From: Bacillota bacterium
Lineage (GTDB): Bacteria; Bacillota; DTU025
Direction of reading: 5' to 3'
DNA: 64,000 bases
NCBI GenBank assembly: GCA_028709305.1
Contig: JAQVXE010000001.1
Coordinates: 7,477 to 71,476, forward strand
The notes under the pieces were generated by a model. That model was not told the DNA's origin. It saw only the letters and a program-made list of their open reading frames with translations, and did not search any database. The first letter of the stretch is position 1. Every line of letters starts with the position of its first letter. Positions 19,886 to 30,078 of this stretch are shown in pieces. The position numbers and the translations under genes are program-made.

Positions 19886-21399
19886 CTCGTCGCCACCCCC
19901 TCCAGCCGTGTCGGCAGCAGCCGGTCGTAGAGAGTGGAATCCGGATCGTAAGCCGCCACTTCCAGCGGCGTGTAGCCCTCGGCTATGGGTTCGGGAGTCC
20001 GGTTCTCCGGGCGGAGCGAATAGAGCTTGAGCTCGAGGTTCGCCGGATTGGCCCGCCTGTCGGCGGGCAGCGCCTCAAGCGCTTCTGCGATCTGATCAAT
20101 GCTATAGGTCTTCAGCGCGTCTCGCAGGGCTCGGACTCGAATCGCCCGGTCTGGCGCATCGGCTTCCTGCAGATACGCTCGGACCGCTTCAGGCAGATGG
20201 CGAAACATGGCTGAGTGCACAGCCGCTCGCGGACGATGCGAATAGATCTCAAACAGGGCCGGCCAGTCAATTGGTTGTTCTTTGAGCATGTAGCTCCTCG
20301 GCAGAGTCGTGAGAAGCTCGCCTTCCCGATTCCGTACTTCGATTCGATCCCAATACACGCTGAGCAGAACCCTTTGCCGCGGTTTGCCTTGCGGCACAGC
20401 ATAGGTCGCCTTCTCGAAACGGAACTGCGCGTAGTTGTTCAGTACTGCATGATCGAGCCGCATGGCTTCGAACGGAACGTTTGGCAGCGGCAATAGCGCC
20501 GATCGCTCCTCCTCCCAAAGGTCGCTGATCTTCCTGTCGGCCTTGTAGTGAACGCGGTCCATGTCCTTCACAGCCTCGGTCGCCAGCAGCTCGCCCAGCT
20601 CCTCGAAGCTGTTGAGGGGATGAATAGGGCATAGCCATTGCCTGCGCGTGTATCCCACCTTGTTCTCAACGTTGCCCTTTTCGTTGCCTCTTGCCGGCCC
20701 GCAGAAGTCCGCTTCGAAGCGGTGGTGAAGCTGAAACCGCATGAACGCCTCGGTTAGCACTCGCTCCTCTCCTTCCCCGATGCTTGCCACCGCGGCCGAC
20801 ATGTTATCCAACACCAATCTCCGGGGCACGCCTCCTGCCTGCTCAAACAGCAGCTTTAGCCCTTCCAAGAAGCATTCCGTGTTCTCGGACGGCATCGGGA
20901 CTGCGAAACCTGCATTTGACCACGGGAACGAGAGGACAAGCGACTTGATCTCGATGATCTTGCCATCTCGCACGCAGCGGACTGTTCCGAAATCCGCCTG
21001 GGCCTCCCCAATCGGGTGTTCAAGTTCAACGTATGCACTGCTATCGCCCTTGAACAGCTCGCCGCGCCGCTTCTGAACGTACTCCCTTACTGTACGTTCC
21101 CCGCCCTTAAAGCCATGGGCGTCTCGAAGCTCTCGATAAATGGCTGCGGCATTACGGCGATCCTTTCTGGGCAGTAATCGATCTTCAAGCAGCCAAGTGT
21201 CAACGATCTCCGCTACAGGATCCATAACTGGCCTCCGCTTGGCTCGGGCGCTGGGCATAGGCTCGTTCCAGTCATCCCGCTGAGCGTATTTTGCTGCCGT
21301 CCGCCAACACACGCCGGTCCGTTTAGCAATTGCGCTGATCGATGCCTCTTCGCTTTCATACGCATGCTTGATATACTCTTGTACAGGCATAGCTATCAC
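19882..21399 (-). CDS. istA: IS21-family transposase IstA
   Basis: HTH N-terminus + rve DDE core; overlaps istB by 4 nt. Confidence 0.9.
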   Translation of the reverse strand: MIAMPVQEYIKHAYESEEASISAIAKRTGVCWRTAAKYAQRDDWNEPMPSARAKRRPVMDPVAEIVDTWLLEDRLLPRKDRRNAAAIYRELRDAHGFKGGERTVREYVQKRRGELFKGDSSAYVELEHPIGEAQADFGTVRCVRDGKIIEIKSLVLSFPWSNAGFAVPMPSENTECFLEGLKLLFEQAGGVPRRLVLDNMSAAVASIGEGEERVLTEAFMRFQLHHRFEADFCGPARGNEKGNVENKVGYTRRQWLCPIHPLNSFEELGELLATEAVKDMDRVHYKADRKISDLWEEERSALLPLPNVPFEAMRLDHAVLNNYAQFRFEKATYAVPQGKPRQRVLLSVYWDRIEVRNREGELLTTLPRSYMLKEQPIDWPALFEIYSHRPRAAVHSAMFRHLPEAVRAYLQEADAPDRAIRVRALRDALKTYSIDQIAEALEALPADRRANPANLELKLYSLRPENRTPEPIAEGYTPLEVAAYDPDSTLYDRLLPTRLEGVATR

Positions 21400-21522
21400 T
21401 CCGTCTTACCTCCCGATTGGCCGTAACCTAATCTGAGGAGGTATTCTATACGGCGCGGTGGCTATGCCTTCTTCGCCAGCCGACGTTGTGACATTTTCAC
21501 CGCCGATCTATGCAATTCCATT

Positions 21523-21918
21523 ATGCCGAAAAGAGCCGATGCCGGCTACTTCAGCGAGAAGAATGTGACCTTTCTTGAGAAGCGGAAAATCAACGCATAC
21601 ATTCCTCCCGACAAACAAAAGCACAGCGCGCCCGCTGAACCAGCGCCAAGAGGTCGAATACCGTCCGATTTATCCTGCAAGGAGCGAATGCGGCGAAAAC
21701 TAAGGACGGTACGCGGACGCGAAGCCTATGCCCTGAGAAAACAGATCGTCGAACCGGTCTTCGGCCAAGTAAAGACAGTGCAAGTCATACGCCAGTTGCT
21801 GCTTCGGGGCAAACCAAAGGTGCGAGCAGAGTGGCTGATCGTATGCACAGCGCACAACATACTGAAACTCTTCAGGTCCGGGAGACAGGCGAATATGGCA
21901 GTACTGTGCCCAACATAG
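21523..21918 (+). pseudogene. IS1182-family transposase C-terminal fragment
   Basis: ADAGYFSEKNVTFLEKRKINAYIP...IVEPVFGQVK...RGKPKVRAEWLIVCTAHNILKL. Confidence 0.65.
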
Positions 21919-22213
21919 CCCAACACCCGTCCCGCAAGGATACGTCAGGGCCCCAACACGGGTGGTATGGTGTTATCAAGGAGCACGCAGCCTTCATGGT
22001 CGATGAATGCGCCTACGCTAACCCATTGGGGCTGAGTTACTCGCACAGGCTCCTAGCAGTTATTAACCCTCAGCCTGCGTAGGCTGGCGTCGCCCTACTC
22101 GATTCTGGCTGCTCTCATCTGGTGGTTTGCAGATCCGTTTGCAAAACAAAAAGACCTGCCCGTTGGCAGATCTACCCAGTTACCGAAACCCCAGTCTATA
22201 AAGGGTTTAATAT

Positions 22214-22288
22214 GGCGCGCCTGGCAGGAATCGAACCTGCGGCCCACGGATTAGAAGTCCGTTGCTCTATCCCCTGAGCTACAGGCGC
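22214..22288 (-). tRNA. tRNA-Arg (anticodon UCU), CCA encoded
   Basis: Manual cloverleaf: GCGCCUG acceptor, D-arm UAGCUCAGGGGAUAGAGC, anticodon loop CUUCUAA, T-arm GCAGGUUCGAUUCCUGC, 3' CAGGCGC-G-CCA. Confidence 0.85.
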
Positions 22289-22593
22289 GCAAAACATGTT
22301 GCCGGATACCACATCCAGCAGAAAACATTATAACACCGCGTCAAGTTCAAGTCAAAACCAAACTCCGCGCTGTTCAGCCGCAGTGTTGCTCGGTGGATGG
22401 CCTGAATATGCAGCGGCCCATCACGTAGTGGGGGCGATGCAAACCGTTAAGAACTATGGCGTTAGTAAAAAACGCCAGGCAAGCGCAGTGAAATCATCAC
22501 TGCATAACCATGCACTTGCATTGCATGATAATGCGGAGTATAATGGTCGGCATAGCCATTCATCAAACATACTGAAGGGGGATTCCGTTCAAG

Positions 22594-24273
22594 ATGTACC
22601 AACCCAAAACAGCATTAATTGTACAAGTCTCATTATTCTGTCTCGTAATCTGTCTGGCATTTGGCCTGTTGGTGCCCGTACCGATGGTGGCTGCAGACGG
22701 GCAGGACCAAGATGTCATGTCAACGGCGATCAAATTCGCGGAAGATCATGCTGGTCTTACCGAGGATATCGCCAGAACGCTGTGGGAGTATGCTGAGGTA
22801 GGGCTTGGCGAGTACAAGTCATATGTCAAGGCGAGGAGCGTTCTTGCTGAAGCCGGATTCAAGATCACGGATTCAGCTGCGGATATTCCTACGTGCCTGG
22901 TTGCCCAATGGGGATCAGGCGAGCCTGTTATCGGCATCTATGAAGATACTGATGCTCTGCCCGGCGTCGGCCACGCATGCGGGCACAACCTGAACACCGC
23001 AGCCGGCATCGTGGCTGCCATGGCCATGAAACACGCCATGGAGACCCACGACATTCAGGGGACGATAAAGGTGTTCATCAACCCCGCAGAGGAAGTATGG
23101 GACGTCGCTCCCCTCGTTGCCGCTGCAGGACACTACGATGATGTCGACGCACTGATCAGTTTCCATGCGGGAACAGAAAACACATCTGAGTATGGAAGCA
23201 CCATGGCCATGGACCATGTGGAATATAAGTTCAAAGGTCAGCCCGCCCATGCCGCCGCTGCTCCCGAGAAGGGTATCAGCGCTCTCGACGCCGTGGAGAT
23301 AATGAACGTTGCAGTCAACTACCTCAGGGAGCATCTCATTCAGGAGATGAGGATACACTATGTCATCACAGATGGCGGGGCCGCTCCCAACATAGTACCT
23401 GCAACTGCCGCCAGCCGCTACTTCATCCGCGGGCCCGAATACCCTGACGTCGCTTACGCTCGCCAGCGCATCGACGACTGCGCCAAGGCAGCGGCTCTTG
23501 CCACAGGCGCTGAGCTGGAGATAGGATTCAGTTCGGGCATATACAACAAGGTCCCCAACAAGGCCTTAGCCCTCAAGGCCATAGATGCGATAGGCTTAGT
23601 AGGGACACCGAAGTTCAATGAGGACGACATAGCCAAGATGGAAGCACTCGGCATCACTGGAGTGCCCTCCGGCGCTATCGACGAGCCTACGGGAAGCCAG
23701 AGCTTTGGGTCTAACCCAATAGGCGATGTAACCTGGAAGACCCCGTCCACTACCGTTGGGATTGCCACATGGGCTCCGGGAACGGCGGGCCACTCAGTTG
23801 AGGCGGCTGTGCAGAGCGGGTCGATCTATGGTTTCAAAGGCGCGGAAGCTGCATCCAAAGCCCTTGCAGTTCTCGGTCTGGACCTGATGACGAACCCCGA
23901 TTCATTGGCTGCAGTCATTGCTGAATACGAGGACAGGATGAAAAACATGCCGCCATACGAGGGGAAAGCCATGATACCCGAAGTGGCTTACCCGGAGGCG
24001 CCTGGGGTCGTTGTGTCAGCTTCAAAGGGCTGTGCGCTGCTGACGTCGGCCGAAACAGCGTTCGAAGAAGCCGAAGGCGATATCATAGTAGTGCAGGCAG
24101 CCACCGACGAAATGCTTGGCGAGTTTACCATTGGGGCTGAGCAGTTGGGCGCGACGGCCGAATATTCCTTTGCTACTTGCGGCAAGATCGAGCCTGGCCA
24201 GAGGCTGAAGATCTTCTACACCGCAGCTGGAACCGATAGCACATGGTTCTACGGCTATGTTCACGCGAAGTAG
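22594..24273 (+). CDS. M20-family amidohydrolase/peptidase (AbgB/hippurate-hydrolase-like) with N-terminal membrane anchor
   Basis: HACGHN metal-binding motif, M20 architecture; N-terminal hydrophobic segment. Confidence 0.7.
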   Translation: MYQPKTALIVQVSLFCLVICLAFGLLVPVPMVAADGQDQDVMSTAIKFAEDHAGLTEDIARTLWEYAEVGLGEYKSYVKARSVLAEAGFKITDSAADIPTCLVAQWGSGEPVIGIYEDTDALPGVGHACGHNLNTAAGIVAAMAMKHAMETHDIQGTIKVFINPAEEVWDVAPLVAAAGHYDDVDALISFHAGTENTSEYGSTMAMDHVEYKFKGQPAHAAAAPEKGISALDAVEIMNVAVNYLREHLIQEMRIHYVITDGGAAPNIVPATAASRYFIRGPEYPDVAYARQRIDDCAKAAALATGAELEIGFSSGIYNKVPNKALALKAIDAIGLVGTPKFNEDDIAKMEALGITGVPSGAIDEPTGSQSFGSNPIGDVTWKTPSTTVGIATWAPGTAGHSVEAAVQSGSIYGFKGAEAASKALAVLGLDLMTNPDSLAAVIAEYEDRMKNMPPYEGKAMIPEVAYPEAPGVVVSASKGCALLTSAETAFEEAEGDIIVVQAATDEMLGEFTIGAEQLGATAEYSFATCGKIEPGQRLKIFYTAAGTDSTWFYGYVHAK

Positions 24274-24315
24274 GGCGATGTGGGCCGAAGACAATGGCCG
24301 TCGCTCCTACTGAGA

Positions 24316-24360
24316 AGGCGGCAGCTGGCTGACTCCCAAGTCGCCGAGCTGCCGCTTTGC
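24316..24360. terminator. Bidirectional intrinsic terminator between convergent genes
   Basis: Inverted repeat GCGGCAGCTGG...CCGAGCTGCCGC followed by TTTGCC. Confidence 0.5.
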
Positions 24361-24462
24361 CCACCAACCGCATTCTGGGACAGCGCGTATGGGTCAGAAA
24401 CCACCACCCGTACCTACACGCCATGCATATATGTACGGCAGTCTCCTCTACGCTCTGGCTGG

Positions 24463-26301
24463 CTAATCCTCAACCCGAAAGACCCCCGCGCCCATAGCCG
24501 GCAACTTAATGGTGCGCCTGCCTCCTGTTTCCGAGGCCGGAGCCGGCAGTACATCCAATTCCTCCAGCCCGTTATCATCGTGCTCCAGCCAAAAAACAGT
24601 CTTCATCGGCATCCCTGCCCAGCACTCCAGCCCGTGTGTGTTACTCATGCGCTCTGATACCAGTCCCACATCCACTTCACGCGGCTCCTCGGTGTTGTTG
24701 AGTGCTACGACAATGCAAGCGCCATCATCCCATCTCGCGCAAACGAAGGGGCTTTCGGGCCCGTCTGCAACGAGCGATGCAAACTCACCGCGCCTGAGAA
24801 CTGCATGTTCCGCCCGAAGCTGCGCCAGGTCGCGATAGTGCTTGAGAAGCTTGCGATCCCATTTGTCTTCATCCCAGGGCATGCACCTTCTGCAGTCGGG
24901 ATCGTCCTCACCTTCCAGCCCGATCTCATCCCCATAGTAGATGTAAGGAGTCCCGGTGTATGTGAACTGGAACGTGGAGGCCAGCATCACCCTTGCGGCA
25001 TCTCCCTGGCAGGCGGTGAGGAAACGCTCCCGGTCATGGGATCCCAGCAAGTTCCACATGGCATACTGAACCTGTCTCCGGTTTCGCATGGCTGTGGCAG
25101 TCAAGCCGACTGCAAAAGCGGCGGTCCCGATTCTCCGGCGCGCGAAATAATTGAGGCACAGCTCCCTCCATGGGTAGTTCATGACCGAGTCCATCTGATC
25201 CCCGCGCAGGAAGGGCGAGGCATCATGCAGGATCTCGCCTACTATGAGGATATCGGGCCTAATTAGCCGCATCCGCGTTCTGAACTCGCGCCAGAATCCG
25301 TGGTCCACGTCGTCGGCCACATCAAGGCGCCACCCGTCTATATCTAGCGTGCGCGTCCAGTGTTCAGCCGCTGAGATGAGGTAGTCGCGAACCTCAGGGT
25401 TATCCGTCCGAAATTTTGGCATCTGCCATATCCCCGGGCCGAATGTTTCGTAGTTCGGCTTCGGGCGAGTGCGAACCGGGAACTCATGGACATTGAACCA
25501 CTTCCAGTAGGGCGAATCTTTGCCCTTTTCCACTACGTCTTGGAATGCGAAGAACTCGTAGCCGGAGTGGTTGAATACTGCGTCAAGCACTACGCGAATT
25601 CCTCGGGAGTGGCACTCGTCAACAAGCTTCTTGGCGGTTTCCTCGTCTCCAAAATGGGGATCGATGCGGAAATAGTCAATTGTGTCGTACTTATGATTCG
25701 AAGACGAAAGAAAAATCGGGGTGAGGTAGAGGCACGACACCCCCAAAGAGGACATGTAGTCAAGCTTCTGGATGATTCCGGCCAAGTCTCCCCCTGAGAA
25801 GGAACGCGGCGTGGGCAGCGCGCCCCACCGCGACGTGCCCGCAGGGTCGTTCGCGGGGTCGCCATTGGCAAATCTGTCCACGAAGATCTGGTAGACCACA
25901 GCATCACGAGCCCAAGCAGGCGGATCGTCCATGCCGTCATGATGCCAAATGCATGGATACTGGAAACACCATGTCCAGGGTTCATCCTGGGGCGGCCTCT
26001 CGGAGAAACCGCCTTCACCGTAGAAGATGCGCGTTTCTCCATCTTCGAGCTCGAAGTAGTACATGAAACGGCCATATTGCAGCTCCATGCTTCCTCTCCA
26101 GTAATCAAAGAGCTCGTCAGATCCTGTGGGCCAGAGGCGAACCCTGTCTGAAAGCGCATGTGGCGTGTACCTATCGGTGTACACTGCCTCAACTCGCCGA
26201 AGATCGCCTCTGGCGGCACGGAGCACGATTTCAAGCCTATCGTCACTGAGTGGATACGCCATTGAGTCGTAAGGCGTGTGCCATATTGCGTGCTTATGCA
26301 A
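24463..26301 (-). CDS. GH13 alpha-amylase family: cyclomaltodextrinase/neopullulanase/maltogenic amylase type
   Basis: GH13 conserved regions VYQIFVDRFANG, GIRVVLDAVFNHSG, GWRLDVADDV, EILHD, LLGSHDRERF; N-terminal domain typical of neopullulanases. Confidence 0.9.
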   Translation of the reverse strand: MHKHAIWHTPYDSMAYPLSDDRLEIVLRAARGDLRRVEAVYTDRYTPHALSDRVRLWPTGSDELFDYWRGSMELQYGRFMYYFELEDGETRIFYGEGGFSERPPQDEPWTWCFQYPCIWHHDGMDDPPAWARDAVVYQIFVDRFANGDPANDPAGTSRWGALPTPRSFSGGDLAGIIQKLDYMSSLGVSCLYLTPIFLSSSNHKYDTIDYFRIDPHFGDEETAKKLVDECHSRGIRVVLDAVFNHSGYEFFAFQDVVEKGKDSPYWKWFNVHEFPVRTRPKPNYETFGPGIWQMPKFRTDNPEVRDYLISAAEHWTRTLDIDGWRLDVADDVDHGFWREFRTRMRLIRPDILIVGEILHDASPFLRGDQMDSVMNYPWRELCLNYFARRRIGTAAFAVGLTATAMRNRRQVQYAMWNLLGSHDRERFLTACQGDAARVMLASTFQFTYTGTPYIYYGDEIGLEGEDDPDCRRCMPWDEDKWDRKLLKHYRDLAQLRAEHAVLRRGEFASLVADGPESPFVCARWDDGACIVVALNNTEEPREVDVGLVSERMSNTHGLECWAGMPMKTVFWLEHDDNGLEELDVLPAPASETGGRRTIKLPAMGAGVFRVED

Positions 26302-26337
26302 CCTGTAGTATCCCTCGCTTCTATATCTTTACAACCA

Positions 26338-27195
26338 TTACTCCTTGACTGCGCCACGTGTCAGCCCCGACACAAGCTGGTTTTGAAGCAGAGCGAACAG
26401 GACAAGAATCGGGGCAGACCCTATTATGGCGGCCGCGGAGAATACTCCCCACCTCTTTGCATACTGATCGCCGATAAACGTTTGCAGCCCCACTGCTAGC
26501 GTGAGGACGTCGTTGGACGACAGTAGCACTTTTGCCAGAACATATTCCGAATAGGTACCTATGAACTGAAGGAAGAAGATAACCACAAGAATTGGGCGTG
26601 ATAGGGGCAGTATCACTTTGTAGAAACACTGAAACCGTGTTGCCCCGTCAATAGTGGCCGCTTCCTCCAGCGACGTGGGTATGGTGTCGAAGTATCCCTT
26701 CATCAGCCACACATTTACGCCCATGGCCCCGCCCAAATAGACCAGGATAAGCCCGCCATGGGTATTGAGGCCGAATCTCGCGAAGCGCTCGCCGATCCAG
26801 AGCAGGAGCAAGTAGATGGCTACCATCGCAAGCATCTGCGGGAACATCTGGATCAGCAATATCGAGAAGAGTCCGGTCTTCCGCCCGCGGAACCTGAAGC
26901 GGGAGAAGGAGTAGGCCGCGAGCGAGGTGATGGTCACAACAAGGGCTGACGTGATCAGCGAGACCTTCAATGTATTGAGCACCCACCGCGCGAACGGGTG
27001 GGTTGGGTCATTGAACAGGCGCCTGTAGTTCTCGAGCGATGGATTGCTCGGTATCAGCTTCTGTCCGATTATCGTGTTCGAAGGGTCGAACGAAGCCGAT
27101 ATTATCCAGAGCACCGGCAAGATGGCGAATATTATGCACAGCCATATGATTATGTGGCGCCACAAGTAGGCCGGCTCCAAAAACCCCCTAAACAT
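26338..27195 (-). CDS. Sugar ABC transporter permease (MalG/MdxG-like)
   Basis: 6-TM permease with EAA-like loop; in operon with MalF/MalE-like genes. Confidence 0.85.
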   Translation of the reverse strand: MFRGFLEPAYLWRHIIIWLCIIFAILPVLWIISASFDPSNTIIGQKLIPSNPSLENYRRLFNDPTHPFARWVLNTLKVSLITSALVVTITSLAAYSFSRFRFRGRKTGLFSILLIQMFPQMLAMVAIYLLLLWIGERFARFGLNTHGGLILVYLGGAMGVNVWLMKGYFDTIPTSLEEAATIDGATRFQCFYKVILPLSRPILVVIFFLQFIGTYSEYVLAKVLLSSNDVLTLAVGLQTFIGDQYAKRWGVFSAAAIIGSAPILVLFALLQNQLVSGLTRGAVKE

Positions 27196-28762
27196 TCTCG
27201 CGCACCTCCTCCAGGGTGCCTGTAAAGCGGAAGTTGAACCAGCTTAACGTTCCGACTATGAGGAATATCAATATGGTTACTGCCGACGCAAGCCCGTAGT
27301 CCGTTCCTGACCCGCTTTCGAAGGCGAGCCGATAAGTGTAGGTGATCAGGATGTCGGTTGCGCCTGCAGGAGTTCGCGCTCCAGGAATAGGCGGCCTTCC
27401 TTGGGTGACCAGGTATATCACGCCGAAATTGTTGAAGTTGAAAGCGAAGCATGACACCAAAAGCGGCGCTACGCTCACGAGCAGCAGGGGAAGGGTGACG
27501 TGCCAGAACTGCTGCCAACCACTTGCGCCGTCGACCGTGGCAGCTTCGTAAAGCTCATCCGGGATGCTTTGGAGCGATCCGAGGTTGATAAGCATCATGT
27601 AGGGGAATCCCAGCCAGAGGTTGACTATGACTAGCGCAGCTTTTGCCCAGAAGGGATCCTGCAGCCATGGCACTCTGACGCTGAAAAGCGATTGGAGCAC
27701 GTCATTGATCAATCCCACTTCCGTATTGAGCAGGCCTCTCCATATGAGCGCTGAAATGAAGACAGGCATCGCGTAGGGTATTACCAGCAGAACCCTGTAG
27801 AACCCCTTGAACTTCATCTTGTTGTCGTTGAGAAGAACCGCTAGGAGAAGGCCGAGTGCAAACGTAGTTACGACAGATAGGGCCGCCCATTCGAATGTCC
27901 ATACGAACACCCTCAGAAATGGGCCTGACACCTGTGGGCTCCGGAGAAGTCTCGAAAAGTTGCCCCACCCGACTGGCGCGCGATAGCCGACGTCCAGTGC
28001 CTCCCCATCATCTGACAGAAAAGCTCCCTGCGTTGCAATGAATGCCTTCCCGGTATTCGAGTCAACTAGCGCATCAAGGTGCTCGTCGTAATGATACTGA
28101 GGCGCATACGTGGCAAATCGATCCACGTTCCTCATCTTCAGCACCGAGTCTCCTAGATGAAACTCAAGTGCCTCCAGGCTGCTCATGTACTGAAAGAGCT
28201 CCAACATGCCAAGCTGCTGGTAAGGGCCTATCCTTTCGGGAACTCCGTCGGGATCTCCCTCTACGGTGAGAGTTGCCTCTTCAAGCGGAATCACCTCTCC
28301 GTCTATGCCAACCAGCTTCTCACCCTCAGGGCCGACGAGTAAGACTGCGAACTTGCCGTCCTGGCTTCGGTAGATAGTGGCTTGATACTCCGGCATCTCT
28401 TCCTGCAGTGTGAACCGGGCGACGTAGTTCTCTATCACCTGTTCCTTTGTGAGAACGTGGCCTGTGCCGTAGTTCGTGAAGGCCACAGCCACGGTGTAGC
28501 ATATGGGGTATACCACCATCGCTGCCATGAAGATCAGGCCCGGAATCAGGTATCGCCAGGTGAAGAGACGGGGAGTGAGGAACACCCAGTCTATAAGGGC
28601 GCATCCTGCTGCCAGCATTATTGCCAACCAGTAAGCGCCCTCGCCCACGAGCACGAAAATGGCCCAAATGGCCACTGCATTGAGCAATCCGAGGAGCGCG
28701 ACCTTTGCAATCAGTCCTGGAAGCGGAGTATCAGCCGCTCTGCGTCTTGTCGTGCCTTTCAA
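27188..28762 (-). CDS. Sugar ABC transporter permease (MalF/MdxF-like with large periplasmic P2 loop)
   Basis: 524 aa, long extracytoplasmic insert between TM helices as in MalF; EAA motif region. Confidence 0.85.
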   Translation of the reverse strand: MKGTTRRRAADTPLPGLIAKVALLGLLNAVAIWAIFVLVGEGAYWLAIMLAAGCALIDWVFLTPRLFTWRYLIPGLIFMAAMVVYPICYTVAVAFTNYGTGHVLTKEQVIENYVARFTLQEEMPEYQATIYRSQDGKFAVLLVGPEGEKLVGIDGEVIPLEEATLTVEGDPDGVPERIGPYQQLGMLELFQYMSSLEALEFHLGDSVLKMRNVDRFATYAPQYHYDEHLDALVDSNTGKAFIATQGAFLSDDGEALDVGYRAPVGWGNFSRLLRSPQVSGPFLRVFVWTFEWAALSVVTTFALGLLLAVLLNDNKMKFKGFYRVLLVIPYAMPVFISALIWRGLLNTEVGLINDVLQSLFSVRVPWLQDPFWAKAALVIVNLWLGFPYMMLINLGSLQSIPDELYEAATVDGASGWQQFWHVTLPLLLVSVAPLLVSCFAFNFNNFGVIYLVTQGRPPIPGARTPAGATDILITYTYRLAFESGSGTDYGLASAVTILIFLIVGTLSWFNFRFTGTLEEVRENV

Positions 28763-28872
28763 CTTGTTTCACCCCTCCCTGAGCTAGCGCAAGGGCGCGC
28801 GCTCATACCGATTGCGCGGCACGGGCGGCGCCCCTACTGAATAAGGCGTAGCACAAAAGCAAAAGCGCAAGC

Positions 28873-30078
28873 CTACTTCTTACTAGCTTTGATAGTGGCG
28901 ATGATCTGTGCCGTTGCATCATCGAGGGCTGTCTTCGGATCGAGCTTCTGGGTGAGCGTCAGGTCTATTGCATCACTCCAGGCTGTCCATACTGCAGACA
29001 TCTCCGGTATTGCGGGCATCGGCACTCCGGCCGCGGCGCTTGCCCCTGTAGCTGCTATGTCTGGGTCAGACGATACAGCTTTGGCTGCTGGGCCATATGC
29101 CGGCGGACGCGGATCCTTGTTGAAGAGCGCCAACATCGTATCTGTAGTTGCCACGTACTCGTTGAGGAAGGCCTTAGACAGCATCTTGTTCTTGCTGAAC
29201 GAGCTTATCATGAAGCCCTGAACCCCCACGAACGGACGTGGATCCTTTCCATCTATCATCGGAATAGTCGCAAATCCGTATGGAACCTTCGCTTCTCTCA
29301 GGTCGCCCAAGGCCCATGGTCCCGTAATCATCATGCCAGCCTTGCCGTCCTTGAAGAGGCCCATCATTGTATTGTAGTCCATGCTTTGCGGCATCAGTCC
29401 ATCTTCGACGAGCTTATCCAGGAGGCTTAAGCCCCTTACTGCGCCTGCATTGCTGAGACCTACGTCAAGAGGATTCAAAGTGCCGTCCTTGTTGGCCCCG
29501 AAGACGTACCCACCGGCTGCACTCATGATCGGGAATGTGTGGTAAGGGTCAGGTATGGGGAGCAAGAATCCATACTGCTTTCTGTCTTTGTCGGTGAGCC
29601 GCTTGCATATCGCGACTAGGTCACCCCAAGTCTTGGGCGGCGTGGGAACAAGCTTGGTATTGTAGAATAGCCCTACCGCCTCTACGGCGTAAGGAACACC
29701 ATACAATGTCTTGCCCCATGTGAAGGCGCTAATTGAGACATTGATGAAGTCCTTCTGCTTTTCCTGAAGGTCGATTGGCTCAATCAGACCATTGGTGACA
29801 AGCTCTCCAAGCCAGTCATGGGCGCCGACAATTATGTCGGGACCTTTGCCTGCTGGACCCGCTACGCCAAGCTGGTCGCGGATGTCGCCGAAGCCGAGCT
29901 CCTGGATCTCGACAGGCACTTTGTACTTGGCCGTGAATTTCTTGCCGAGCTCCTCCAATACGGGGGCCCGTGTTCCATCCGCCCAGATGAGAAGTTTGCC
30001 CTCCTGGGATGCTGATGCGCAGGTAGCCAATGCGAGCAGCATCGCCACGCAAATGGTAATTGCAAGAGATCTCTTCAT
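28873..30078 (-). CDS. Maltose/maltodextrin-binding lipoprotein (MalE/MdxE family)
   Basis: Lipobox LATCAS; family-1 SBP, MalE-like motifs; head of maltodextrin operon. Confidence 0.85.
   Translation of the reverse strand: MKRSLAITICVAMLLALATCASASQEGKLLIWADGTRAPVLEELGKKFTAKYKVPVEIQELGFGDIRDQLGVAGPAGKGPDIIVGAHDWLGELVTNGLIEPIDLQEKQKDFINVSISAFTWGKTLYGVPYAVEAVGLFYNTKLVPTPPKTWGDLVAICKRLTDKDRKQYGFLLPIPDPYHTFPIMSAAGGYVFGANKDGTLNPLDVGLSNAGAVRGLSLLDKLVEDGLMPQSMDYNTMMGLFKDGKAGMMITGPWALGDLREAKVPYGFATIPMIDGKDPRPFVGVQGFMISSFSKNKMLSKAFLNEYVATTDTMLALFNKDPRPPAYGPAAKAVSSDPDIAATGASAAAGVPMPAIPEMSAVWTAWSDAIDLTLTQKLDPKTALDDATAQIIATIKASKK

Larger units (their letters stand above)
19030..21514 (-). mobile_element. 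Second, divergent IS21-family element (istA-istB on minus strand) inserted into IS1182 transposase gene
   Basis: Terminal IRs TGCATAGTTCGGCGGCCGAAATGTGCA / TGCATAGATCGGCGGTGAAAATGTCACA (inverted); istA/istB inside. Confidence 0.8.
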
